Source of the DNA: an uncultured Chloroflexia bacterium
GTDB lineage: Bacteria; Chloroflexota; Limnocylindria; Limnocylindrales; CSP1-4
Length of the DNA: 64,000 nt
Assembly (NCBI GenBank): GCA_963752475.1
Contig: CAVVYR010000007.1
Coordinates: forward strand, 1 to 64,000
Reading direction: 5' to 3'
Below the pieces are notes generated by a model. That model searched no databases. It was not told the DNA's origin and worked only from the letters and a program-made list of their open reading frames with translations. Within the stretch, counting starts at the first letter, position 1, and each line of letters begins with the position of its first letter. The translations under genes were made by a program, and so were the position numbers. Positions 19,784 through 30,168 of the stretch are shown here, one piece after another.

Positions 19784-20575
19784 ATGACTGATCGACCGGA
19801 CCCGGAGGCCACGCCGCAGCCGCCTGATGGGTCGAACTTGCCCGCCGCGGAGGACACGGACGTCCCGGATCAGGCGAGCACGCCCGTGGCTGAGCCGCCG
19901 TCAGACCCGATCGACCCGCCCGCGGACGCACCCCGGCACTTGGTGCGGCTCCATGCCTGGCTGGACCAGCGGTCCTCGCCCAAGGCTCGCCGCCGCCTGG
20001 GTGTCGTGGTCGGGTTCGGCGCGGCTCTTCTGGCAACGCTCATCGCGGCCGGCCTGGCCAAGCGCGTCGGGCTGGACATCCCGTGGGCCGCGTGGATCGG
20101 GCTCTTCCTCGCCAACTGGATCGGGAACGGCGGCATCCTCGTTCCCATCCCGGGCTTGCGCCTGGTGGGTATGACGATGACGGCGCACCAGGGCGCGGAG
20201 GGGGCCACGATCTTCGTCGGGCTCGTCGCTGGCTTCGCCATGGCCCTGGGGCAGACCTCGTTCTACCTCACCGCCGCGAGCGGCTCGAAGCACCTCCAGG
20301 GTTCCAAGGACAAGAAGGAGAAGAAGGCCAGAGACGGACGCGTCGCCGTCCTCCTGCGCAGGGCCCAGGACAAGGTCGCGGATTTTGTCGACCGGCACGG
20401 GTTCCCCACCATCTTCACGCTCTCGACCTTCCCCAACCCGCTCACGACCTTCGCGACCATCACCGCGGGCAGCATGGGCATGGGCTTCCGGGAGTTCCTC
20501 GTTGCCAACTTCCTTGGGCACGTGATCCTCGGGCTCATCCTGGCCTTGTTCGGTCAGTGGCTCCTGGGCGTCTAG
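19784..20575 (+). CDS. DedA/VTT (SNARE-associated)-like membrane protein
   Basis: ILVPIPG, ALGQTSFY, GFPTIFTLSTFPNP, AGSMGMGFREF. Confidence 0.7.
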   Translation: MTDRPDPEATPQPPDGSNLPAAEDTDVPDQASTPVAEPPSDPIDPPADAPRHLVRLHAWLDQRSSPKARRRLGVVVGFGAALLATLIAAGLAKRVGLDIPWAAWIGLFLANWIGNGGILVPIPGLRLVGMTMTAHQGAEGATIFVGLVAGFAMALGQTSFYLTAASGSKHLQGSKDKKEKKARDGRVAVLLRRAQDKVADFVDRHGFPTIFTLSTFPNPLTTFATITAGSMGMGFREFLVANFLGHVILGLILALFGQWLLGV

Positions 20576-20605
20576 CCCACCAGGGCTGCGGCAGCCCGAC
20601 ACAGC

Positions 20606-20624
20606 TACACCCGATGCGGGTGTA
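20606..20624. promoter_or_regulatory. Operator site 7 (TACACCCG-ATG-CGGGTGTA, perfect extended palindrome)
   Basis: CATGCT at 20646-20651 (23-nt gap), upstream of the FUSC gene. Confidence 0.75.
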
Positions 20625-20695
20625 CCGGCGATATATCCACACCGTCATGCTGGGGCTTGGATCCAGATAGGCGATCAGCAGTGAGGAGGGTCAGG

Positions 20696-21775
20696 ATGCT
20701 CGCGCAACTCCGCACACTGCTGACCTTTGACCTTGACGCGATCGACCTGCGCAAGGGCGTGATGGGCGTCGTGGCCATCGGTATCGTCGTCATCTTCGTG
20801 GCCATCTTCGGCACGGTAGGTATGACGGCTGGGCTGGCCGCGCTCTTCGTGATCATGGCCGACCAGCCGGGATCGCTGCGCGACCGAAGCTTGGCCATCG
20901 TGCTCATGACGGTCCTCGGTGCGCTGATCGCGCTGGTGGCGGTCTGGGCCGGGACGAGCCACGTCTGGGTGGCCACGTTGCTGACGTTCGTCGTCACCGG
21001 CGTCGCTACGCTGGTTTCGGGCTTCGGCCCTGGCGCGGCCGTCCGTGGCCTGCTCCTTTCGATCTGGGCCATCGTGGCCTTGACCTTCGGTGGCGACACA
21101 GAGTCGGCCGTCCAACTCGCCGTTGCTTTCGCCCTGGGTGGCGTGATCGCCGCGGGCATCATCTGGCTGCGCGACCGAGCCCTGCCGGAGCCATCAGCCG
21201 AGGTCGAGGTAAAGGCTGCGACTCGCACGCTCGGCGACCTCGCCCGCTCACCGCTGGGTTGGTTCTCGCTCCTGCGGGCGAGCGCCGCCGCACTGGCCAT
21301 GGCCCTGGGTGCTGTGCTCTTCCCCGAGCACGCCATATGGGCCGCGCTGACCGTCATGCTGGTCATGAAGCCCAAGGCAGGGGAGGCCGTCGCGGCCGGG
21401 GTGCTGCGAACCCTTGGGACACTCGCCGGCGTAGTAGCGGCTGAGGTTGTGCTGGACATCAGCAATGGACAGGACGCAGTCATCATCATCGGTTTCTTGA
21501 TCTCCGCCTTCGGCATGGCCGCCTTCAAGAAGGTCAACTACGCGATCTTCGTGCTCTTCCTCACGGCTCTGCTGGTCCTTTCGCAGGCGCTCATCGGCGA
21601 GTCTGCTGACACTGCGGCCACCGACCGGCTGTTGGCCACGATCATCGGCGCGGTCATCGCGTTCATCGGCATCGGCGTCGGGCGCTGGGCCCTTGCCCGA
21701 AGTACCGAGGACGGCGGCGGGGCGCCCGATCCAACCACTGACGAACTGGGAGACATGGACACGACACCGGGCTAG
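20696..21775 (+). CDS. FUSC-family (aromatic acid exporter-like) membrane protein
   Basis: EHAIWAALTVMLVMKP, RTLGTLAG, DRLLATIIG. Confidence 0.85.
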   Translation: MLAQLRTLLTFDLDAIDLRKGVMGVVAIGIVVIFVAIFGTVGMTAGLAALFVIMADQPGSLRDRSLAIVLMTVLGALIALVAVWAGTSHVWVATLLTFVVTGVATLVSGFGPGAAVRGLLLSIWAIVALTFGGDTESAVQLAVAFALGGVIAAGIIWLRDRALPEPSAEVEVKAATRTLGDLARSPLGWFSLLRASAAALAMALGAVLFPEHAIWAALTVMLVMKPKAGEAVAAGVLRTLGTLAGVVAAEVVLDISNGQDAVIIIGFLISAFGMAAFKKVNYAIFVLFLTALLVLSQALIGESADTAATDRLLATIIGAVIAFIGIGVGRWALARSTEDGGGAPDPTTDELGDMDTTPG

Positions 21776-21892
21776 GCAAGCACACGGTAGGCAAGCGACG
21801 CCGCCCACTTCTGCGGCAACTATCCGGGTCTTCGCCATCGCGACGATCACCCGATGTAATGGTGATCACGAACGAGAGGGACATGAGCGATT

Positions 21893-24064
21893 ATGAGTGA
21901 CCTATCGGCGACTGATGTACTGGACAAGAGCGAGACTGTGAGCGGCGGCAAACGGCCTGTACCGTCTTGGCTTGAGAACCTCGCGGCACTCGGCTGGCGT
22001 GTGCTCGTAATCGTCGCCCTGGTCGTGGTCCTCGCGTACGCCGGCTCGCTCATCTGGAACGTGGTGGCCTCGATCGGCCTGGCCATCGTCGTGGCCATCG
22101 TCCTGGCGCCCATGGTGATGCGGATGCGGGACAGCGGGCGCTCCCGGAGCTCGGCCGCGGGCATCGCCTGGCTCGTGGGCATCGGCGTGGGCTTGGCGCT
22201 CTTGCTCCTGGTCGCGGTTTCGCTCGTGCCCTACGTGGTGGACATCGTGGAGGCGCTACAGGCGGGACAGGACGAGGTCGAGTCCTTCGTGGCAGACCTC
22301 CAGTTGCCGACCTGGCTCAGCACCGCGCTCACGGATGCCCTCGAGCAGGCCGAAGGTGTCAGCGGCGATGCCGTGTCTGCTGCTGTGGGCTCGGTGGCGA
22401 ACGTGGCGGGCATCGTCGTCCTTGGCGTCTTCCTGCTCTACTTCTTCTTGCGAGACGGCGACAAGGCCTGGATGTGGCTGTTCCAGACGGTCGGCGAAGA
22501 CCAGCGGGAGCGCATCACGACCGTTGGCGACGAGACATTGGGCCGCGTCGGCAACTATGTCCGTGGCACTACGGTCGTGGCCACGACCGTGGCGGTGACG
22601 AGCTTCATCTTCATGCTGGTGCTCGGGACGCCGCTCGCGCTGCCGCTCGCGCTCCTTGCGTTCGTGACCGCCTTCATCCCGTACTTCGGTGGTGCGATCG
22701 CCTCGCTCATCATCGTGGTCGTCACATGGGGAGCCGTCGACTCGACCGCGGCGCTGATCATGGCGGGACTGCTGCTGGCGCGGTTCGCCCTCGTCGAGAC
22801 CTTCGTCCGCCCCAGAGCCTACGAGCAGGCGCTGTCGATCCAGCCGGCGCTCATCCTCATCGTGCTGCCCATCGGGCTGCAGGTGGGCGGGCTGGCCGGT
22901 CTCATCCTGGCCGTTCCGCTGACGGCCGTGGTCGTGAGTGTGGCGCAAGGGATCACCAGGATCTTGGGACCGGACCGGCCCTCGAGCCTGCCAGAGGTCG
23001 TGCCGGCCTGGCTCGACCGTGTCGCACAGTGGAGCTGGCGAGCCCTCGTGGGCATCGCGTTCGTGGCACTGCTCGGTCTGATCGTGGTGACGCTCCCGCT
23101 CGTGACGCTGCCGGTCATCCTGGCCCTGATCTTCGCCTCCACGGTCCTGCCCCTGTTCGACGCGGTGTTGCGCCGCGGGCAGTCGCGGGGGATCGCCGCG
23201 GCGGTCGCGGTCGGTGGCGCCACCGTCGCGGTCGTGGGCGTGCTGGCGCTGACGCTGGTGTCGCTCGTGGACCAGGCCGAGGAGCTCGGCGACGCGGCCA
23301 CGAGTGGTGCCGCGGAGATCGACGACGCGGCCGGGGGCATCCTTGGCTTGGGCACCGACGCCGTCGCCTCCGGCTCGGAGTCAGCCGTTCAGACGATCCT
23401 GGACGTGTCGAGCCAACTGGCCGGCATCGGGGTCGCGCTGATCCTCACGGTCCTGCTCACCTTCTACTTCCTTCGTGATGGCGGTCGCCTCTGGGCCGGG
23501 CTCATGTCACACGTCGCCGATGACGCCGCCAGCCAGCTGAACGCGGCCGGCTCGAAGGCCTTCGGCGTGTTGGGTGGCTACATGGTCGGTACGGCCGCGA
23601 TCTCGTTCGTGGGTGCCGCCAGCCAGGCGGGGATCATGTGGATCCTCGGTCTGCCGCTGGTGATGCCGGTCTTCGTGCTCTCGTTCTTCGGCGGCTTCAT
23701 CCCGTACATCGGCAGCCTGCTCACGACGGGTCTGGCGTTCCTCATCGCGGTCCAGGTCGGCACCACGGTCGACGTCGTCGTCATGGGCATCTGGACCCTG
23801 GTCTTCAACATCGTGCAGGGCAACGTGGTCGCGCCGGCCGTGTACAACCGCACGACGAGCATCCATCCAGCCATCGTGCTGGCCTGCATTCCCGCGGCCT
23901 CGGCCGTGGCCGGCATCCTGGGCATGTTCCTCGTCGTGCCGGTCCTGGGTGTGGTCCTCTCCACCTGGCGAACCATCCTGCGGGTGATCGGCTCCGATGA
24001 GCCGGCCGAAGACTCGCCGGGGGTGGCTCAGCTTGACGAGGTCGCTGCGCCCGAACCGGGCTGA
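21893..24064 (+). CDS. AI-2E family transporter with two tandem AI-2E domains
   Basis: Twice FFLRDG / YFLRDG, FIPY(F/I)G, SI(Q/H)PA, G..LAVP / G.FLVVP. Confidence 0.9.
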   Translation: MSDLSATDVLDKSETVSGGKRPVPSWLENLAALGWRVLVIVALVVVLAYAGSLIWNVVASIGLAIVVAIVLAPMVMRMRDSGRSRSSAAGIAWLVGIGVGLALLLLVAVSLVPYVVDIVEALQAGQDEVESFVADLQLPTWLSTALTDALEQAEGVSGDAVSAAVGSVANVAGIVVLGVFLLYFFLRDGDKAWMWLFQTVGEDQRERITTVGDETLGRVGNYVRGTTVVATTVAVTSFIFMLVLGTPLALPLALLAFVTAFIPYFGGAIASLIIVVVTWGAVDSTAALIMAGLLLARFALVETFVRPRAYEQALSIQPALILIVLPIGLQVGGLAGLILAVPLTAVVVSVAQGITRILGPDRPSSLPEVVPAWLDRVAQWSWRALVGIAFVALLGLIVVTLPLVTLPVILALIFASTVLPLFDAVLRRGQSRGIAAAVAVGGATVAVVGVLALTLVSLVDQAEELGDAATSGAAEIDDAAGGILGLGTDAVASGSESAVQTILDVSSQLAGIGVALILTVLLTFYFLRDGGRLWAGLMSHVADDAASQLNAAGSKAFGVLGGYMVGTAAISFVGAASQAGIMWILGLPLVMPVFVLSFFGGFIPYIGSLLTTGLAFLIAVQVGTTVDVVVMGIWTLVFNIVQGNVVAPAVYNRTTSIHPAIVLACIPAASAVAGILGMFLVVPVLGVVLSTWRTILRVIGSDEPAEDSPGVAQLDEVAAPEPG

Positions 24065-24067
24065 CGC
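22099..24067 (+). repeat. ~1.97-kb direct repeat, copy 1 (copy 2 at 30169..32137)
   Basis: Constant offset of 8070; only about five differences seen, all near the ends. Confidence 0.95.
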
Positions 24068-24152
24068 TACGGTGGCGACCCAGGAGGCAGCGACACGGCA
24101 ACTGACTGATCGGTCACTCGACCGCGTCGAACCTAGAGGAGGGCGGAGGACG

Positions 24153-25217
24153 ATGAGCAGCAGCAAGGACCAGGGCAAGGGCGCCGCTGCGACCAAGCAG
24201 TCCCTGGCGCCGACGGGCAAGCTGGGATTCCGGGGTCGCAGCGCGACACCAGAGGAACAGGCACAGGTCTTCGACGCCTTCTTCTTCGAAGGCAAGCGAA
24301 GGATCCCCTACCTGCAGCAGTTCTTCACGCTGATGGTGCTGTCGGCGGCGATCGCCGCTTTCGGTCTCGTCAACAACTCGGCCGCGGTGGTCATCGGGGC
24401 CATGCTCGTGGCGCCGCTGATGACACCCATCCTCGCGATCGCCGCCGCCGTCGTGCAGGGCTGGGGCAGCCGAGTAGTGGAGTCCTTTGCCATCGTCGGT
24501 GCGGGCGCCCTCGCAGCCATCGCCGTAGGCGTGGTGATCTCATTCATCACCCCTGTGCTGCGTACCGACCTGCCGCTTCCGGGCGAGATCCTGGCACGCA
24601 CCAGTCCCAACCTCATCGACCTGTGCATCGCCCTTGCCGCCGGTGCGACCGGTGGCTTCGTGGCCGTGCGTACCGAAGCCAGCGGCGCTCTACCGGGTGT
24701 CGGCATCGCCGTCGCCCTGGTACCGCCCCTCGCGACGGTGGGCCTGACTGCCGGGCTGGGTTTGTGGAGTCTGTCGTTCGGGGCGCTGCTGCTCTTCGCT
24801 ACCAACCTGGTGGCGATCGTGCTGGCTGCCGGACTGGTCTTCGTGGCCGCGGGCCTCGCCGCCTTCCGCGATGACCGCGGGTTGGCGCAATCCAAGGTCG
24901 CCTCAGCCATCATCGTGATCGCCGTCGTCGTGGTCGCGGTGCCGCTGTTCATTCACTCGCTCCAGCGTTTGGAGCAGGGTGACGCGATGGCCGCGGTGGC
25001 CGAGCAGACGTCTGACTGGGCGCCCGACCTCATGCTCACGCACGTCATCGTCGATCGAGATGTCGATCCCATCAGGGTCACTATCGCGGTCACCGGCGCG
25101 GACAGCCCACCAGACGCGGACCTACTCGCGGCGAGGCTGGCCGCGAGACTCAGCACGGCCGTGGATGTCGACGTGGTCTTCGCGCCGATTACCACAGGCA
25201 GCGCGCCGGCGCCATAG
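24153..25217 (+). CDS. DUF389 (TIGR00341-like) membrane protein
   Basis: SAAVVIGAMLVAPLMTPI, EILARTSPNLIDL, LPGVGIAVALVPPL. Confidence 0.92.
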   Translation: MSSSKDQGKGAAATKQSLAPTGKLGFRGRSATPEEQAQVFDAFFFEGKRRIPYLQQFFTLMVLSAAIAAFGLVNNSAAVVIGAMLVAPLMTPILAIAAAVVQGWGSRVVESFAIVGAGALAAIAVGVVISFITPVLRTDLPLPGEILARTSPNLIDLCIALAAGATGGFVAVRTEASGALPGVGIAVALVPPLATVGLTAGLGLWSLSFGALLLFATNLVAIVLAAGLVFVAAGLAAFRDDRGLAQSKVASAIIVIAVVVVAVPLFIHSLQRLEQGDAMAAVAEQTSDWAPDLMLTHVIVDRDVDPIRVTIAVTGADSPPDADLLAARLAARLSTAVDVDVVFAPITTGSAPAP

Positions 25218-25247
25218 GCGCGGTTCCGTCTCCGACGGGCTTCCTCG

Positions 25248-25775
25248 CTAGCTGGGCTCGGTCGGGGCGTCTGCCTTGATCGAGCCGCAGCCCCAGCGAG
25301 TGTCGGCCAGGATGCTCAGCTTCGGAGCACCGTCGGGGAGCGCCTCCGGGTCACCGGCCTCGACCGCAAGCTCGGAGAGCAGGCCCAGCGACACCTGCTT
25401 GATCTCGACGGCCCAGCCCTCGGGTACGACGACCTCGACACGGGCGAACGAGGTCACCAGGTCGAGATGCGCGCCCTTCGGGTCAAGCGTCGCCTGGCGC
25501 AGATCGATCCGCGTTCGGCCCAGTAGCGTCATCACGCTGCCGTACCTGAAGGGTGAGGCGCCGATGGTCAGGTCCTTGCCGGTCATGATGGTCATGAAGC
25601 TGAAGTCATCGGTGTCCTCATCGCCGCGACTCAGTCCTTTCGCGACGACCTGGGCGGAGGCATAGGCCCCGGCGACCGCACCGGCCACCATCACCAGCTG
25701 CAGCATCCTTCGGATGAGCCTGCCCTTCACTTTGGCGGCGACCACGTCCGTGGCCATCTGTAGAGCTCTCTTCAT
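25248..25775 (-). CDS. LiaF/DUF2154-like membrane-anchored protein
   Basis: One TM, IDLRQATLDPKGAHLDL, VEVVVPEGWAV; AAGGAG RBS. Confidence 0.7.
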   Translation of the reverse strand: MKRALQMATDVVAAKVKGRLIRRMLQLVMVAGAVAGAYASAQVVAKGLSRGDEDTDDFSFMTIMTGKDLTIGASPFRYGSVMTLLGRTRIDLRQATLDPKGAHLDLVTSFARVEVVVPEGWAVEIKQVSLGLLSELAVEAGDPEALPDGAPKLSILADTRWGCGSIKADAPTEPS

Positions 25776-25827
25776 CGTCGTCTCCTTGTCGATCTTGGGG
25801 GTCTGTGGTCGGCGTGCTCGCGAGTCC

Positions 25828-27534
25828 CTAGGCAGTGGCAGCGGCCTCCGCGGGGGACTCGGCAGCGGCCGCAAGGAAGGCGGCCACGCCGTCGTCGACC
25901 TCAAGGTAGATGCGTTCCGCGCCGACGCGCTCTTCGATGCGGGAGTCCTGCAATTCGTCGCGAAGCTCGGTGCGTACGCGCGCGAAGGCGAGGGCGATAT
26001 CCCGGTCCTCGAGCATGTCAAGCAGCTCGTTGATGGCCTGAGCGCCCGACGAATCCACGTCGCTGATGGCTTCCGCGTCGATGAGCACCATGCGCACCTG
26101 CGGATCGGCGTCCTCGACCGCGGCCGAGATGTCATCGCGCAAGCGCCCGGCATTGGCGAAGAAGAGCGGTGCATCGAAGCGATAGATGAAGAGCCCCGGG
26201 TACGTTTCGGCACCCTCGTGGTCGTCGACGTCCCGGTAGGTGTCCGTGCCGGGCAGCCGGCCGAGCGTGGCCGTGCTCGGCTCAGCAGCCCGCAGCACGA
26301 CCATCAGGAGCGACAATCCGACCGCGATGAGGATGCCGGCGAGCATGCCCAGCACCAGCACCGCCACGGCGGTGAACACGGCCATCCAGAACTCCGCCCG
26401 TCGGTAGCGGTAGATGGCCTTGAAGTCGGTGATGTCGAGCAGGCCCAGGCCGGCCACGATGACGATGCCGGCGAGGGCCGCTGACGGCAAGAAGGCGAAG
26501 ATGCCCGACAGGAACAGCAGGGTCAGCAACACGAAGCCGGCCGCCCACAGGTTGGCGACCTGGCTCTTGGCACCGGCATCACCAGCCACGAAGCTCCGCG
26601 ACTGGCTGCCGTTGACGGGGATACCGCCGAGGAAGCCGGCGCCGATGTTGGCCGCGCCCACGCCGAAGAACTCGCGATCCGCATCGAGGCGGTACTTGCC
26701 CACCACCGCGAGCGAGCGCCCGGTGAGCACGCTGTCGGGGTAGACCAGCAAGGCTACTGCCACGGCCGGGCCGATGAGCGTGAGCACGGTGTCCAGCCCC
26801 ACGCCCGGGAACGATGGCGTGGGCACGCCCGATGGGAAGGAGCCCACGACCTCGACCTCGGAGTCGAGCCCGAACACCGCCACGAGGACGATCGAAGCGA
26901 CGACCACGACGAGAGCCCCCGGGATGCGCCGGTTGACGCGCCGCAGGCCCATGACGATGACGATGGCTCCCGCGCCGATGGCCAGCGCCAGCAGGTTCGT
27001 ATCGCCGAGGTTGCGCACGATGCCGCCGAGGTCGGTGGCGTAGAGCGCCTTGTCGACATCGATGCCGAAGAGCGCCGTGAGCTGGCTGCCGATGATGAGC
27101 AGGCCGGAGCCGAAGACGTAGCCGGCCAGGATCGGTCGGGAGAGGAAATCGGCGATGCGCCCCAGGCGGAGCAGACCGCCGACGACCAGCACGATGCCCA
27201 CGAGGATGGCCAGCGTGGCTGCGAGGGCGATGTACTCCTCGCTGCCCACGACCGCGAGCGGGGCCAGGATAGTGGCGACCATGATGGCCACCGTCGATTC
27301 CGGGCCCACGTTCAGCTCACGGCTACTGCCCCACAGCCAGTAGAGCAGCAGCGCGCCGAAGGCGGTGTAGAGGCCGTACACCGAGGGCACGCCCGCGAGC
27401 GTGGCGTAGCCCATGGCCTGGGGCACGAGGATGGCCCACACCGTCACCCCCGCCACGAGATCGGGTGTCAGCCAGCCTCGCTGGTAGGAACGGAGGGCTG
27501 CCAGCCCTGGAACCATGCGCCCGAGCAGCTCCAT
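25828..27534 (-). CDS. SulP (SLC26) anion transporter with STAS domain
   Basis: DLVAGVTVWAILVPQAMGYA, GPEST, YRFDAPLFFANA. Confidence 0.93.
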   Translation of the reverse strand: MELLGRMVPGLAALRSYQRGWLTPDLVAGVTVWAILVPQAMGYATLAGVPSVYGLYTAFGALLLYWLWGSSRELNVGPESTVAIMVATILAPLAVVGSEEYIALAATLAILVGIVLVVGGLLRLGRIADFLSRPILAGYVFGSGLLIIGSQLTALFGIDVDKALYATDLGGIVRNLGDTNLLALAIGAGAIVIVMGLRRVNRRIPGALVVVVASIVLVAVFGLDSEVEVVGSFPSGVPTPSFPGVGLDTVLTLIGPAVAVALLVYPDSVLTGRSLAVVGKYRLDADREFFGVGAANIGAGFLGGIPVNGSQSRSFVAGDAGAKSQVANLWAAGFVLLTLLFLSGIFAFLPSAALAGIVIVAGLGLLDITDFKAIYRYRRAEFWMAVFTAVAVLVLGMLAGILIAVGLSLLMVVLRAAEPSTATLGRLPGTDTYRDVDDHEGAETYPGLFIYRFDAPLFFANAGRLRDDISAAVEDADPQVRMVLIDAEAISDVDSSGAQAINELLDMLEDRDIALAFARVRTELRDELQDSRIEERVGAERIYLEVDDGVAAFLAAAAESPAEAAATA

Positions 27535-27543
27535 GGCTCTGGA

Positions 27544-29355
27544 CTAGTCCTCGACCTGGTCGGTGTTCTGTCCGTCATCGGGCTGGGCCGTGCCAGCGCC
27601 GTCGTCGGCCTCGTCGTGGTCCGCGTCAGCGGCGTCAGTGCCGGCCAGGCCTCGTGGACCGTCCCGCTCGAAGGTGGCCACCGCGGCACCCACGCTGGGG
27701 AAGATGGGCGCGTTGGCGAGCACGCCGAGTCGACCCAGGATCTCCGCGACTCGCGTCTTGATCCGCGCAGCCCAGACCTCGATGCCGACTTCGCGCAGCT
27801 CCGCGATGAGATCCCGGAGCACGCCCACGGCGGTCGAATCGATGTCACTGATGGATTCGGCGTCGATGAGCACCACTTGCGGCTTGGGGTCGGCTGCCGC
27901 GATCGCCTCGAGCACGTCGTCGGCGAAGACGTTGGCGTTGGCAAAGAAGAGGTCGGCGTCGAAGCGGAAGATGAGCAGCCCCGGAACCGTCTTGCCCTCA
28001 GGGTGCGCCTCGAGGCTTTGGTATGCGATGTCGTCGGACCCTGCGTCCTTCGTACGTCCCAGGATCGCCCACCGGGGACGGCTGGCCCGCGCGAGGATGA
28101 GTAGGAACGAGACGCTCACGGCGATCACGAGGCCCGCGAGGATGTCGAAGGCGAGCACACCCAGCAAGGCGGCCAGCCCGGCCCAGAAGTCGTCGCCGCG
28201 GATCTTCCAGTAGCGGCTGACCTTGCTGAAGTTGATGAGGTGCCAGACGGCGTGGATGACGATGGCACCCAGCGTCGCTTCGGGCAGGTTCTCGAACAGG
28301 CCGGTCAGGAAGAGGATGGTGATGAAGACCGCTGCGGTGAGCCCGATGGAGGCCAGCTGCGTCTTCTGGCCGGCCTGGTCAGCGGCTGCGGACTTCGAGA
28401 GGCTGCCATCGACGACGAAGGAGCCCACCAGGCCGGAGGCGGCGTTGGCCGCACCAAGGGCGATCAGCTCCTGGTTGGCGTCGACCTTGTAGCCGTACTT
28501 GCGCGCGTACGTACGCGCAGCTGCGACCAATTCGGCGAAGCCCACGACGACGATGGCGATCGCGCCCGGGATGAGGCTGACCCACTGGGTCAAGGTGATA
28601 TCTGGCCAGGCCAGCGACGGCAGACCGGCAGGGATCTCGCCGATGATGGCGACGCCGTCTTGGGCGAGGTCGAGGACGGAGACGATGGCGATGGCCAGGC
28701 CGGCCACCACGAGTGCTGCTGGGATGCGCGGGATGAAGCGCTCCATGGTGAAGAGCAGCGCCAGACTGCCGACACCGAGGACCAGCGTGGCCAGCACGGT
28801 CTCGTCGAGGTTGGCGACGACCGCGAAGATGTCACCGAAGAAGTTCTCGCCCGTCTCCTCGATCCCGAAGAGCTTGTGCACCTGGCCGGCGGCGATGGTC
28901 AATGCCAAGCCGACGATGAACCCATCGAGCACCGGTTTGGACATGAAGTCGGCCAGGAAGCCCAGCTTCACCAGACCGGCGACGATGAAGAAGGCGCCCG
29001 TCAGGATGGCCAGGCCGATGGTCAGGGCGTAGAACGTACTCGGGTCGCTGCCCGCGGCGAGCCCGCCGATGACCGAGAAGGACAGCACCGCGACCGTCGA
29101 GCTGGGGCCGACGTTGAGCTGTCGAGAGGTACCGAAGATGGCGTACGCGAGCGGCGCCACGAGCGCGGCATAGAGGCCGGTCTCGGGCGGCATCCCCGCC
29201 AGCGAGGCATAGGCCATGGCCTCGGGCACCACCAGTGCCCAGACCGTCAGGGCAGCAACGAGGTCCGTTGCGAGATAGCCCTTCTCGTAGCTGGCGATCC
29301 AGAACGAGATAGGGATGTAGGTGCGCCAGCTTGGGCGCTGTCCCGTGCTAGTCAT
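27544..29355 (-). CDS. SulP (SLC26) anion transporter with STAS domain
   Basis: DLVAALTVWALVVPEAMAYA, DANQELIALG, FRFDADLFFANA. Confidence 0.93.
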   Translation of the reverse strand: MTSTGQRPSWRTYIPISFWIASYEKGYLATDLVAALTVWALVVPEAMAYASLAGMPPETGLYAALVAPLAYAIFGTSRQLNVGPSSTVAVLSFSVIGGLAAGSDPSTFYALTIGLAILTGAFFIVAGLVKLGFLADFMSKPVLDGFIVGLALTIAAGQVHKLFGIEETGENFFGDIFAVVANLDETVLATLVLGVGSLALLFTMERFIPRIPAALVVAGLAIAIVSVLDLAQDGVAIIGEIPAGLPSLAWPDITLTQWVSLIPGAIAIVVVGFAELVAAARTYARKYGYKVDANQELIALGAANAASGLVGSFVVDGSLSKSAAADQAGQKTQLASIGLTAAVFITILFLTGLFENLPEATLGAIVIHAVWHLINFSKVSRYWKIRGDDFWAGLAALLGVLAFDILAGLVIAVSVSFLLILARASRPRWAILGRTKDAGSDDIAYQSLEAHPEGKTVPGLLIFRFDADLFFANANVFADDVLEAIAAADPKPQVVLIDAESISDIDSTAVGVLRDLIAELREVGIEVWAARIKTRVAEILGRLGVLANAPIFPSVGAAVATFERDGPRGLAGTDAADADHDEADDGAGTAQPDDGQNTDQVED

Positions 29356-29416
29356 GCCACTTCCGTTGGGTACGATCCGACAGGTTGAGGGTAGGAGGGC
29401 CGCCCGCTGCGTGATA

Positions 29417-29431
29417 CACCCGCATCGGGTG
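29417..29431. promoter_or_regulatory. Operator site 8 (CACCCGCATCGGGTG)
   Basis: TACCCT on - strand at 29388-29393 (23-nt gap), upstream of the sulP pair. Confidence 0.75.
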
Positions 29432-29499
29432 GTTCAAGTGGTCGACCGTCGGCGATGACGGCCGACCCAGGCGTACGACTCCTCGCTCGCCTTCTCGAC

Positions 29500-30168
29500 C
29501 TACGCAGGCTCGTCGGGCTCTTCTTCGGGCGAGACTGAGGCGCCGAGCATCTCTTCGATGGCAGTCACTCGATCTTCGAGATCTTTCTGGCGCGTACGCA
29601 TCTTGGAGATCTGGTTTGACTGGTCGGCTACGACGGACTCGCGCGAACCTACTCGATCCTCGAGTGCGGAGGTGTCCTGGTTCTTCAGTCCCTTGTTGAG
29701 GTCCCTGACCTTCGCGTCGATACCCTCGACGTCCGTGCGCAGCCCGGGCACGTCCAGCTCGCGTACGTCTTCGCGCGTCCTGCTGATGCGATTGTCCAGG
29801 CGGATGAGCTCAGAGGTCAGAGCAGCAGCATCGGTCTGGGTCACATCGACGAGCGGCTCTTCGGAGGTCAGGACGACCTCGCCGTCTGCATCGGAGAGAT
29901 CGAGGATGGCCTCCTCGAGGTTCCAAGACTCGACGTTGGCCAGGAGCGGGATGAACGCATCCTCGACCGATCGAGCCGGGTCCAAGCACGGAGCAAGGGT
30001 GGATCCCATCTCACCTGCGAAGGAGATCTCAGAGCCATCCAGCTCGTAGGTTCCGACGAACGTGTTGCAGCCACTGTTGCCGCTGACTTCGCCGTCTTCG
30101 AGGTACATGGTGACCTCGACCCCGAACGGGATCGGAGGGGTGGTGCCGTCAACGGTCTAGGCCAGAAG
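29500..30168 (-). pseudogene. 5'-truncated META-domain + coiled-coil protein
   Basis: VSGNSGCNTFVGTY and GSTLAPC META motifs; upstream frame LLA*TVDGTTPPIPFGVEVT has an in-frame TAG and ends at the AI-2E duplicate junction. Confidence 0.75.

Noticed and set aside
21845-21867. Palindrome GATCACC-N9-GGTGATC upstream of the AI-2E gene as an eleventh operator
   Set aside because: Half-site spacing and right half differ from the consensus, and no -10 at the usual offset; may be a separate site but it is a single copy.
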